The notes under the pieces are model-generated. The model searched no databases. It saw only the letters and a program-made list of their open reading frames with translations, and was not told where the DNA came from. This document shows positions 48,801 to 60,795 of a stretch of DNA of 64,000 nucleotides, piece after piece; the first letter of the stretch is position 1, and each line of letters opens with the position of its first letter. Origin of the DNA: Podarcis melisellensis (lineage: Eukaryota); NCBI GenBank assembly GCA_964234715.1, contig OZ174275.1; one strand, written 5' to 3'. The position numbers were made by a program, and so were the translations under genes.

Positions 48801-51195
48801 TCAAGGAAATAAACAAGTATCTGACTTTTAGAAGACATCTGAAGGCAGCCCTGTTTAGGGAAGTTTTTAATGTTTGAAGTTTTATTCTGTTTTTAATGTT
48901 CTGTTGAAAGCTGCCCAGAGTGGCTGGGGAAACCCAGCCAGATGGATGGGGTAGAAACAACAACAACAACTCTAGATCATTTGTGAACAAGTTAAAAGCA
49001 CTGGTCCCAGCACTGACTACTTAAATCCCTCCACTGTCTTAACTGTCAGTTTAGTCCTACTCTCTGCTTCCTGTTCTTTAGCCAGTTACTGATCCATAAA
49101 AGGACCATAAAGTGACTTTGGTGAGGGGGCAGAATGAAAAGCTGATTGAAAGTTCAAGTACACAGTGTCTGCTGGATTACCCTTATCCATATACTTATTT
49201 GACACACTCGAGACAAGACTTAACTTTGCAGAAACTATGCAAGACTATGTGCTTGGTAATTTTAGCTTTAATAATGCTTTCCACCCCTTTTCCTGGTTCA
49301 GATATTAAGCTACCTGCCCTGTAATTTCCCCAAATCTTCTCTGACCCAAATTGCTTTTTTATTTATTTAAATGGTGCTAAATTGACCACTTTCCAGTCCT
49401 CAGGTATGGAGGCTGATCTTAGGGACGAGCGACGATCACCAGCATTTTTTTTACACCCACATCATTTGCAGACAGAACAGACCACGTACCAGCATTCCAA
49501 AGAATCAGAAGTACAGTACCTGACTGACAGCATCTCTGAGCAACGAGTAACGATGGGACCGCCGCATGGGTAGGCACAAGCTGTACACAGCGTGTAGAGC
49601 TGCACAGAAAAAACTTAGCAGCCCTATCTGCTTCCTGTGCTGCAGCCACTGGTCAAGCCAGTCAGGGAACCGCCTATACTTGGTGCAGCGGTAGAGCTGG
49701 AAAATGGCCGCCAGCACTCCAGGCAGGTAGACGAGGGATAGCATGACGTAGGCAACGCAAGGCAACGTGGTGTTGACGACCTCCACAGGGATCTTGTAAA
49801 ACTTGTTCTTTTGCTCCCGGATGTAAGGGTGCAAAACTTGCCGGATGAAGTTGTATGTGTAGAAGCAGAGAAAGAGACCCAGGGCCAAGAAGACAGGGAT
49901 CTTCCAGGCAGGGAGAAGCCGCAGCGGAATATTCTCAATCTCACGAGCTGAGCACAAGGAGCCCATGTCCACCGGGGTGAACCCCAGCATGTTAGCAATT
50001 TCAGCAATGGCACGCTTGGCTTCTTGGTTGTTGGAGCATATGAAGACCTGCAGGAAACAGAGGACATGTGATGGCAGCGACTGGCAAGCAGAGACCAGGA
50101 ACACTGGTACGGGGTTCAAGGGAAGGACGACAAGCGATGGCATGGCGAGTGCCATACAAAGCAATAATACGGACACACCTGAGCATTTCATGTGTGCACC
50201 TTTGTCTCTGTTGACTCCTATGTACTTCCTTTTCCCAAGTTTCTTGAATTTTGAGGGAAGTTGTAGGCTATGACCTAGACTCATAGAGAACCTGAACACC
50301 AGAGAGGGTGGCTTTTTTTGGTTTTTGTTTTGCAAGGGCTGTCACTAGATTATAAAGACAGCTTAATTGATTGTTTGAATTAATTCTGTTTGACTCAATC
50401 AGATAATCAATCCATTTGCATAAAAATCATGGCTCTCGCAACTCTGAGGCCCAGAATTTAGTGTTTTACTTTAAAGGAAGCTGAGAGTTTGGGGGTTTTG
50501 CTGAGGTGTATACAAGGCAGCAGGCTGTGTGCTGTTTGTACAAGATATCTCCAAACTGCAAAGAGCCCTCATCACAGGTATGAGAAAAAATGTATTGTAA
50601 CTGCATTTTTAGCCATGTTTTTTCCCTCCCTCTCTCCCACCATAATTTCTTTCTCTCCAAGTGTGACAGGTCTGGATGCATACACACAACCAATATATCA
50701 GAACAGTACCTGCTTATTCCCGTCCCTTGGGCCTGACTGTAACGTCCACGCTGAGATGACGTTAAATCCTTTGACAACAGTGCATGATGGGAAAAGTGAT
50801 GCCAAATACTCAGCATTTGATTCTTTGTGATGGTTGATTTCATCGTTGTTGCTGACATCCACCAGGATTTTGCCAGACAGCTCATCGCTGAGGTCGCAGA
50901 GTGTGGTGTAATGTTCTCTGAAAACCGCCACAAAGATAATATCTGTCTTCTTTATAGCATCTGCCTGGAAAGTTACTTCAGCTGCTGATGGAAAGAGGGT
51001 GGCATTGCGCTTTGGGTTCCGGCTTCCAATCACCACTTTGAAACCTGAGCACACCAGGCGCATAGACAAGGAGCGTGCAAAGTCACCACTGCCCAGGATC
51101 CCCACCGTCGTGTTACCAGTGGCTGCGATGAGGCTTGCATTACTTTCCACATTTTGTCGGCCGAGGAGTGGCTTGGCCATGTCACCCTCCGGCAT
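42880..51195 (-). CDS. STEAP3: Metalloreductase STEAP3, 488 aa; coding exons 51195-50710, 50047-49520, 45921-45760, 43170-42880
   Basis: Rossmann motif [18 protein letters not shown] and SNAEYLA motifs of the F420-oxidoreductase-like domain, heme histidines in LHAVYS and LHTLTY, and RIRNGWE C-terminal motif. Phase-0 GT-AG introns; 486+528+162+291=1467 nt. Acceptor at 51204 lies 9 nt before the ATG. Confidence 0.96.
44029..44281. mobile_element. hAT MITE in STEAP3 last intron
   Basis: TIRs CATGGGTAGGCAAACT / AGTTTGCTGACCCCTG; 8-bp TSD TTCTAGGG / TTCTATGG. Confidence 0.85.
46420..46940 (-). mobile_element. L2 LINE remnant with internal inverted duplication
   Basis: Reverse strand encodes a KLQL(D/V)QNAAA L2-ORF2 motif; tail-like (TTTA) end at 46420. 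Confidence 0.65.
48102..48313. mobile_element. Tc1/mariner-pogo-type MITE nested in CR1
   Basis: TIR CAGTGGTACCTC / AAGTACCACTG with TA flanks; same body as the 22362 copy. Confidence 0.88.
48742..48970 (+). mobile_element. L2 LINE 3' end nested in CR1
   Basis: gccctcccatcagatgtcaagg...agaagacatctgaaggcagccctgtttaggg...ctgcccagagtggctgggg...(CAA)n; homologous to 61840-62200 and 1530-1870. Confidence 0.75.
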
Positions 51196-53736
51196 CACGA
51201 TAAGCTAAAGCAAACAAAACACAAAGTCGCATCAGATACCCGGCTGAAAATGGTGCCTTCCTTTCACCCCACTTTGTATGAAAGTTGTGGAATTTCTTCT
51301 GGGACCAGTTGCAGAATCTCTTTCCCCCCTGAGGTCCAGCTGGCACCACCATTGGCCATCTTTTGGGGCCAGCTGGAAGTCCACCCTTTTCTCCAGACCT
51401 TCTGATTTAGGAGCCATGGTCTATCTAGTAGTATGCTGACAGATGGAATGATTTATGTAGCGAATTGCATGTTTCAATGTTTATTGATTGGTTTCATGCC
51501 GTTTGGTTTGACAGCGAAGGGTGGGATATAATTTTGCAAACAAACAAAACAAATAACATTTTAGAGCTTAACAGGAAATCTGTAAACGGGTGGTCTCTTA
51601 TTCCTAACTAGTAAGTGAATGTATGTCTATATTTCAGGACTCAAGATAAACAGCTGGGGTTAGAATTGCAGCCTTATGCCATATTATCATAATTGCTTCG
51701 AGTAGATTAGCTTAGCCTGAATTAATTTTAACCACCTTTTTTTCACATATTCAGGCTTGGGAAGAATCTCTTCCATCCTCCAACACATTGTTTTCTTGGC
51801 ATCTTTAGGCTTCACTCAGCCCTACCTTAATCTATGTGTTTTACTCTGGAATAAATATTTAGGAAAGTTCTCACACTCAAGAACATATGGATAAGATGGG
51901 CCAGTGCCTTTTGCTGCTCTGATGCAAATAAGCCTTGAGGTAGCAGTCACAAGAGTGAGGTAGCTACCATAAGAGGGTTGATTGACATATTTTCTACTGC
52001 TCTGCCCAACATACGGGTGAGAATAGTGCAGTTGCAGATACATGTTAAGTTTTTGCCTTTGAAGGAACACAGGAGTAGACAAAGCTTGAGTCAGGCTATG
52101 AAAGGTCACTTGGGTTATTTATTCGTTTGAGCTGCATTGTAAGTAAGAAGTAGTCTTAAAGCAAAGGTGAAGAATTTGAGATCCTCCAGATGTTGATGTA
52201 CCCCATCGAGCATGGCCAATGGTCTGGGACGGTGACAGAAGCCATAGTCCTACAACATCTGGAGGGCCCACAAGTTCTTCATACCTGTATCAAAACAAAG
52301 AGAAATGCATTTCTGAGCCAGTGAAATAAAGATATATTAATATTCAACACGTCAAGGTAGGTTTTTTTTCCTGGCGACTTCTCTCACAATGGGCCCACAG
52401 CACTTCAAAAGCACAGTTACGTTCTCCCTAAGGAGCAGCAAACTGCTCTGCTCTCTTTCATAGCTTGGCATTTATATTCTGTAATTAAGTGCCATTCAGA
52501 AACGGAAGAAAGATGTGTTTGCAAAGTTTTGAGAAAAGCAGGATTTTGTTTTGTTTTTCACGGGGCAAATTGATGGATGATGTGGCTTGCGCAAACACTG
52601 ACAATTCAATGGTTGAAAAATGTAAGCCAAGCCAAGGTGCTTTAAAGGAGATGAACAGGCATGGCCTCTGTAATTAAAGGTGGATTAAACAAACTCCCTT
52701 GTTTTAAATACTGTGCTATCATGAGCTCAAGGCGATTAAGCCAAGTTGTAAGATGATTGTTTAAGAAACAGTGTGGTCTAGCAGAATGGCTGGTAAGAGC
52801 TAAAGTATGCATCATTGGTGGTCCAAAACCTTATTCTGCTGATTCACATGTAATGTTTATCTGGGATTGGTCATACATACGTACTCTGCTCTTGTTTCTC
52901 CTTCCCATAATTGGCACTTATTCTTAAGAGCGGTGGAAATAACTTCAACCTCAATGCAACCAGGAACAGCTCTCATCCAATGTTGCCAGTTTGAGAGACA
53001 GCCGTACTGCTGGTTGAAAAGTATGCTGAATTCCTAACCCATATCCCAAGGACAGCAATTTCTACTCCTCTTCAAGTCAAAGAGGTGGCGAAATTGATTT
53101 ACCAGTTTGCAAGCAGCCCTACTTAATTCTACTCCTGACCGAGAGTTCCTTTAATGTCAGGGCACTGGTCAGAAAGAAATAAAATGTGCACTGCTTTATT
53201 ATTCTTTTTAAAAGGCTGCAGATAAGTGGATAGGCTCTCATTTAATCATGTCATTTTAAAATTAATTACTCAGTTCTATACATATTTATTTGGTCTCAGG
53301 ACTGTGCAATTAGTCATCATTAAAGGAAGATAGGAAAATAAGGAGAACATCGGCACCTGAAATAAACGTCAGTTTTAACCAATTTTTCTTTTAAAAAAGT
53401 GGGCCCCCCCCCAAACTTCCTGCAGCTGCTTCATTATGAGGGAAACAAAGTCATTTAATTCCTTCCTCAGATCTGGAGAGGCTTCTCTCAGAAGAACTGA
53501 GTAGGTGCCACATCCCTGCTGTGAAGTGAACAGATTTTGGTAAGAAAGAGACCTTTTAATCAAAGACTTTTTTTGTCTCCAGCTGCACAAGATATCCCAA
53601 GAGCCTCTCCATCCAGAAAGAAAGTTAATAAACCTGACCCATCTGCGTACAATTTGCAGTTACCGCAGCAAAGATGCTAAGCAGAAATCATATATATTTC
53701 AGCACCACCACCGGCGTAGAGGAAAAGTAGAGCCAC

Positions 53737-53936
53737 TGTGTTGTCATGTCTAGAGCATTGGACTAGGATGTGAGAGGCCAGGGTTCAAATCCCCACACAG
53801 CCATGAACCTCAGTGGGTGACCTTGGGCCACTTACCATCTCTCAGTCTATGCTACTTCACAGTATTGCTGTGAGCATAAAATAGGGAAGGGGAAAAACAA
53901 GGATGCCACACTGAGCTCCTTGTAAGAAAGCTGGGA

Positions 53937-53990
<54 letters not shown>
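53737..53990 (+). mobile_element. MIR/Squam3-like SINE ending in (ATT)n
   Basis: cagggttcaaatcccc...gggtgaccttgggcc core; (ATT)n at 53938-53988. Confidence 0.7.
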
Positions 53991-55300
53991 AATGTAGAGA
54001 CCATTTCATGGCACAAACCCATCAAAGTGGAGCACACTGTTAAACAGAATTAAAACACAGGAACACGAACTTGTAAGAACAAAATCAATTCTAGACCAAT
54101 AAAGCCACCCATGCAAACGCTTAAAAAAACACGAAACATTTCCTCAAATATAAAATTGATCTTCCATAAACGACTGAGTTGCACCTCAGGGAAAGCCTTC
54201 CCAAACAGAAATGTCTTTAGCTGGTGTCTACACAACACCACACTCAGTGCCTGTCTGATTTCAGCTGGTAACGGATTCATGAGTGCTGGAGAGGCAACAC
54301 TAACTTCCAGGACAGGTTAAGCACACCTCTGATATAGCAGTAGCAGCAGCAGCAGCAGTAATATCTAGCAAGATGAATTTACGAAGGTGAGTGTCAGTCA
54401 TGGTACCTTTTACTGGCATCACAACCAGCAGTATGTGAGGCAAAATTAACAGTAAGGCAAAGGCTCCTGTCAACCTCTTTTGAAAGTTAGGAAACTGACA
54501 GTATGATCCTTTGCATGTATCTTTGGAAGTAAGTCCCTCTGTGCTCAGTAGGGTGTACTCCCAGGCAAGTGTACTCTACATAATATTGCAACATGAGAGT
54601 GGGAGGGAGGCAGCCATGTCTTGAGAGTGCCAAAAATTGGGAATGTGATTTGCCCGATACGTCTTTTGTGCTTCAGGGCAAGAAAATGTGCTGTTCCGAT
54701 TTCTCTTTCTGGGACATCAGGGGCTTCCAAAGCTAGGCTACAACATCTAGAAGGAAGTCCAACGCAATTGCCACACATGATACATTGTGCATAGCTACCT
54801 CCCTTGCCCCCATAGCTACAGGAGAGATATTTAAAAATAATACATGATTGCGAAGAGCCTGTACCTTAAACATCTCTGTTTGCCCAGCTTGAGAACTGGA
54901 AGAAGTCAGCATGTGAGTTAATATGATGCCTTTATTTGCTATAATAAAAAACGCAGTTTGCAGGATTTTCTGAATGCAGTTACTACTCCAGTGCAATAAT
55001 GGAATGACCTGCATGAATCCATTTCGTAATAAAGAATATAATTACATTAGAATTTGATAGTGTAACTTTAAGCCTACATTCTTGTACGGCTGTGTTGTAT
55101 TTAGTGAAGGGCTTTCCCACTCTTCTAAAAGTCCATGTTGATTGTGTTATATCCTATAGTGCAGCTCTCCGGTCTGGAAGAGGCTTGTGTGTCCTGTTCT
55201 TGCCTAATAAAACCAGCATGGAGCAAATCCATGGGGAAATACTGTACATGGGCTTTAACTGAGCAGAGTCAATTGCTGCCACCATGGCACCATTGCCATA

Positions 55301-55683
55301 GGGGTGCGAGTGGTGCAGTGGTATAAACCACTGAGCCTCTTGGCTTGCCGATTGGAAGGTCGGCAGTTCAAATCTGTGGGATGGGATGAACTTCTGTTGC
55401 TCTGTCCCAGCTTCTGCCAACCTAGCAGTTCAAAAGCACGCCAGTGCAAGTAGATAAATTGGTACTACTGCGGCGGGAAGGTAAACGGCGTTTCCATGTG
55501 CTCTGGCTTCCATCACGGTGTTCCATTGCACCAGAAGCGGTTTAGTCATGCTGGCCACATGACCCGGAAAGCTGTCTAGACAAATGCTGGCTCCCTCGAC
55601 CTGGAAAGCGAAATGAGAGCTGCACCCCATAGTTGCCTTTGACTGGATTTAACCATCCAGGGGTCCTTTGCCTACCTTTACCT
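55301..55683 (+). mobile_element. Sauria SINE, full length
   Basis: Head ggggtgcgagtggtgcagtggtataaaccactgagcc through ACCTTTACCT tail; colinear with the 10900 copy. Confidence 0.9.
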
Positions 55684-58417
55684 AATGCAGGAGACAGAAC
55701 CAGTTCTTGGTGTCTAAGCAAAAGGACAAACAACCCTATTGCTCCAACACTGAAACCCTAGTATAGATCATATGTTCTGTTGCTGGAGCACAGCATCCAG
55801 CCCAGAAGGCATATTACATAACCAACTGTGTATAAATATAGTTATTTTTGTAGAGCAGATAAAAGTCAAGGAGTTTGACTCAGCATTCTACTTAAGCATG
55901 TATTTAACACTAAGACACTAAGAGCATAACTGAATCCCCTTGGGATTGAATCGCAAGGGCTTAGCTGAATCAGGTTCTTAAGACTATAGACGCTATAAAG
56001 TAGGCAGAGTAACATCATGGCCATCTGCAAGATTCCCAATATCCTAATAGATACCACAAATAGCAACAGCCTTTTTTGACCGCAGTGCAGGAAGCCCTGG
56101 CTCCTCACTCACAACTGAACAATGAAAAGCTAATGGCTGAATATCTAAGGGCTCTTTAAGACCTTTTTTCACATATTTGTCTTTTATTTGTAGCAAACAG
56201 TTTCCATATAGACTGCTTCAAGGAAGTCTCATTTTTCCAAGCAATCAAAAGACTTTATTTTCCAGTTCAGAAAATGTGATGCTTCTCCCAGACAGCACAA
56301 TAATTGCTGTTGCAGTTTAATTGTGGAATATGGCTGTGTAAGGGTCATAAGCATTTCTTGTGTGCATTTAAATATGCATTTACTGACCAGCAAAATACCT
56401 CTCAAATTCCATTAACTACTCAAATACCTGGCGATAATAGTTTTTTTTAAAGAACTCTTTCTTTGGAAAGTCTGAAAATGTTAAAGGTTGTTTTGATAAT
56501 AATTGCCAGAGATTTGTTTGCTTGTCTATGCATAACAGGTGTTCACATTTGATACCATCACTGCCAATGGGCCAGATTCAACTTTGTTGTTGCGCTAGCA
56601 GAAGCCAGCACACTAAGTCCTGCTAGCGCAAGAGGGCACTGTGGTCAATGAGCATACAGGAAAGGTCTTAAAAGAGGCTCTTGTTGACTTGCAGACCCAC
56701 CACAATGGCTTCCGCCATCATGCCAAGAATGTTACGATTCCACAAAGATTTGCCACAGAAGAACCTAGCATAGCAATCAGGGCCAATTATGAGATTAACT
56801 ATGCCATGAAATATATCCATTAATCTTTTAAACCATTGCCGTTGTTGCTGCTCTCTGATTTTATTTTGTTTCTGCATTCCTTTTAGCCCAGCTGGTGACC
56901 TCTAAATGCTTTTGACCACAACTCTCATCAACACCACAGCCGACATAACTGTGCTGGCTTTGGCTGATGGAAGTTATAGTCAAAAACATCTGGAGGGCGC
57001 CAGGTTGGCAAAGACTCATGTAATCTACGTGATCCTCCCCAGCATTTGAGATGCACTAATGATGAGGACCGGCTACAAATTATATCCTTCACTGAGGTAG
57101 TTTATCTTCCTATTTCTCTGCAAGAGGTGTGTGCAGCCTCTTTCCTCTGTTGTCCTTTCAAAGATGAATGGCAAGTTAAAAGATACCTGTTTGAAGAAAA
57201 AAAAATTGCTTGCTGATTGTCTTTCTTTTTAAAAAACAATATTGATTTTATTGGGACCAGTTGCTTTAAATACTGCCAATTTTATTCATTTAAAGCATTA
57301 CAATAAATAAAACTAATAGCAAATTAAAAAACCCTAAAAATCAGAGCCATCAATAAAAAGCAGCAGAATAAGAGATTACAATTAAAAACCTCCACTGATT
57401 TAAAAGAGAAAGCAGGTAATATATATTACTACAATTTTAATTTTTTGAATTGTTCACCTATTTGAAACTTCACAGGGTTGTTGTGATGATCAAGAAAACC
57501 TAGAAATTGTACTCTGTCCCTTGGAGTCTTTGTTTGTAAAGGTAACTAAGGCAGGCTAGGAATCAATATGGGCCCACTCAACAATCAATAGTTTTTTGGG
57601 GGGGGCTAGAAGCCTCTTTGGTCAGATAGCACTTATTAGGTAGAGCCAGAGATTTGTGGAAATGGACCTCACCATTCTAGATGCATGACATAACATGACC
57701 AGTGGATGGTTGATTGAATTTAGCATGCCAGCCCTACTCATGATAGACAATCAAGTAACCGAGGCTTAATTAACCTTAAATCCTACCTGTCAGGCCTCTG
57801 GAAACTTGCCCAGCGCCTATGCCAAACAACCGCCAGTAAACAAAGTTAATTCTTTCCCATTAATAAGAGGTGACATTTACTACTCACATCTCCTGTTGCT
57901 TTTTGCTACCATTACCCAATCCCTAAGCACTTTTGATGATCAACCATGATTTTAGCCTAACAAATAATGCAAATTTACAGTTTTTGTGGCAAGGGAGTCA
58001 AGCACTTCCTTCCCTCCCCCCACCATGTGAATATATATTTACACACAAACACAAGTTCGCAGAAACGGGATTGGAAGTCTAATTGTTTCCAGAAATTTGC
58101 ATTGCGAATTATTTTCTGAAGCTGTGTTTCACAAGAGGCAATGCTAAAGATAAATATCCAAAGTCAAGCCTATCGTTATCACTATGATAATTAAGCACAC
58201 TTGCACTCACTATGCCTTATTTAGTCTACTTTGGAAACAAAGACTTTGCAATAATTTTAGAATCTCTCTCCAAAGACACACAAGGCTGCAGGCCATGAAG
58301 GAGGTGAACGGAATTAGAGAAGAGAATGTGAGATGAATTTAGGTGGAGAATGGGGACAGGAAACAGCATAGAGGGTTGCGGAGCTAGCTGTAAGGGAAGT
58401 TTTAAATGTTTTATTGC

Positions 58418-58425
58418 TTTCTTTC

Positions 58426-58488
<63 letters not shown>

Positions 58489-58568
58489 CTTCTTCTTCTT
58501 ATTACTCTGGGAAACCACCCAGATAGGCAGAGTATAAATAATAAATTATTATTATTATTATTATTATT

Positions 58569-58606
<38 letters not shown>
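58418..58606. repeat. (TTTC)n and (ATT)n(GTT)n microsatellites in an L2-like tail
   Basis: Direct reading. Confidence 0.9.
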
Positions 58607-58616
58607 CATTGAGCAG

Positions 58617-58760
58617 GTGTGGTGTAGTAATCAGTGTATTGGACTTGAACTGGGGATGCCGGGTTCAAATCTCCACTCAGATGTGAAGCTCACTGGGTGA
58701 CTTTGAGCCAGTCACTATCTTTTAACCAAACCTACTTCCTTGTGCTGCTGTCATGATACA
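58617..58760 (+). mobile_element. MIR/Squam3-like SINE fragment
   Basis: tggtgtagt...gggttcaaatctcc...ctgggtgactttgagccagtcac. Confidence 0.65.
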
Positions 58761-58918
58761 ATGGAAGAAACAATGCATGTGCACTGAGCTCCCACTGACA
58801 ACAGCCAGTTGGGCCATGTTCAGGATGTTTTGTTTTTGGATCTATACGGGTTTGCTGACTGCAGTGGTCACATTGTTGCTGAAGGTTTTTATTATTATTA
58901 TTATTCATTACAAATATA

Positions 58919-59290
58919 AGGTAAAGTACCCCTGGACGATTAAGTGCAGTCGAAGGAGACTCTGGGGTTGTGGCGCTCATCTTGCTTCCAGGCCGAGGGA
59001 GCCGGCATTTGTCCACAGACAGCTTTCAGGGTCATGTGGCCAGCAAGGGATGTGGGTGGCTCTAAACCACTGAGCCTCTTGGGCTTGCCAGATCAGGTGG
59101 TCAGCGGTTCAAATCCCTGTGACGGGGGAAGCTTCTGTTGCTCTGTCCCAGCTCCTGCTTACCTAGCAGTTCGAAAGCATGCCAGTGCCAGTAGATAAAT
59201 AGATATCACTGCGGCGGGAAGGTAAATGGCGTTTCCGTGCTCCCTGGCTTCTGTCACGGTGTTCCTTTGTGTCAGAAGCGGTTTAGTCAT
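58919..59290 (-). mobile_element. Sauria SINE with inverted 5' portion
   Basis: 3' third on - strand (58919-59045) joined to the 5' two-thirds on + strand (59047-59290); TSD TCATTACAAATATA at 58905-58918 and 59287-59300. Confidence 0.9.
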
Positions 59291-59499
59291 TACAAATATA
59301 GCATAGAGCTGCATATGAAAATGTTCTTTAATGAAATGACTACCAAACCACAACACTAATAAAATGCTGAAAGTTAAATAAATAGAAATGAAATAGAAAT
59401 GAAACCAGGCTGGGCAAGTGGCAGAATTAATTATTGCACAAAATCACCAAGTTTATACTGGAACGGATGTATTTTTATTTTAAACTATTATTGTTTAAA

Positions 59500-59705
59500 T
59501 GCACCCTTCTGCAAATGAGCTTAGGATGACATGTGTGTATACAGCCCTGCATTTTGCCTCACAAGAACCCTGCAAAGTAGGCTAGGCTGAGAGATAGGGG
59601 CTGGTCCAAGGTTACCCAATGAGCTTCATGGCAGTGGGGTGGGGGGATTTGAACCCACGTCTTCCTGAATCTTAGTCCAATTTTCTAACCATTACTCCAA
59701 CCCTG
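59500..59705 (-). mobile_element. MIR/Squam3-like SINE
   Basis: cctcacaagaaccctg...ggtccaaggttaccca.tgagcttcatgg...gatttgaaccc...tctaaccattac. Confidence 0.65.
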
Positions 59706-60538
59706 GTTCTCTGCACATTTGCTGCCCTACTTTTCTAGAAAGGTGGTTGTGGTTAGCAGTACTCTCTCATGACTCCTTTTGCACCAACTTTCCTACATGC
59801 ACTCTGAGTGACATGCAAGGGCTGCCTGCCCCCTTTTGGCATTAACAGTCACTTCTGAGAACATCAGGAGCCTCTATTTTCTAGTAGAGTTTATTGGTAG
59901 TTCCAGAAAATGGGTATTTTCAACTTTTTAACTTTCCTGTCTGGTACTTAGTTACTACTATGAATACTTTGAAATGGTCCCCTGCCTTCTTTTTATTTAT
60001 TTTTTAAAACTTCTTTCTACAGTCTTGTTTAGAACTCACTTGCAACACTGTGTTGTTTGCTTAGATACAAAGCAAGGAGGCCAGAAAGGTTGTTACAGGT
60101 TTACAAAAGAGATTTCCCTCAGCTCTTAAAGGGCCACATGTTTGAATGTTGCCTTGCACACATGAAATGAAGCAAAAGCTCCATGAGAAAGAATTCAGGT
60201 TGAAACAGGCTTCTCCCACTGGGAAAAAACATCACAGAAGATTGTTTCTTCATTAGATTACTGACTCTGCAATCCTATATATGCTTACTCAGGGAGTAAG
60301 GCCCATGGCACTCAGTGCAGTTTTCTCCCAAGTAAGTGTCTATGGAACTGCAGCCTTAATAGGACTTACGCCTAGATAGACTTAACTGAATTTCAAACTA
60401 TTATATTTGTAATTTTTGGCTTTTAAAATATGCTTCTTTTATTTTTATCTGTAAGTTTCCTCCCATATAATGTTTTGATACTATTCTATTGCATGCAATT
60501 TTTGATGTGGCTGAAATATATCATGTTTATTTACTGCA

Positions 60539-60795
60539 CCCGTTGCTCCTGCCAACCTAGCAGTTCAAAAGCACGTCAAGTGCAAGTAGATAAATAGGTA
60601 CCGCTTCAGCGGGAAGGTAAAAGGCATTTCCGTGCGCTGCTCTGGTTCGCCAGAAGCTGCTTAGTAATGCTGGCCACATGACCTGGAAGCTGTCTGCGGA
60701 TAAACACTGGCTCCCTCAGCCTATAGAGCGAGATGAGCGTGCAACCCCAGAGTCACCTGCAACTGGACCTAATGGTCAGGGGTACCTTTACCTTA
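60539..60795 (+). mobile_element. Sauria SINE, 5'-truncated
   Basis: cccgttgctcctgccaacctagcagttc...ggtcaggggtacctttacctt; flanking direct repeat TACTGCA. Confidence 0.88.

Larger units (their letters stand above)
47586..49430 (-). mobile_element. Fragmented CR1 LINE (RT region to 3' end) carrying nested insertions
   Basis: Reverse complement of 48692-48723 encodes [10 protein letters not shown] (CR1 RT catalytic motif); CR1 3' terminal motif at 47586-47680. Confidence 0.8.
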
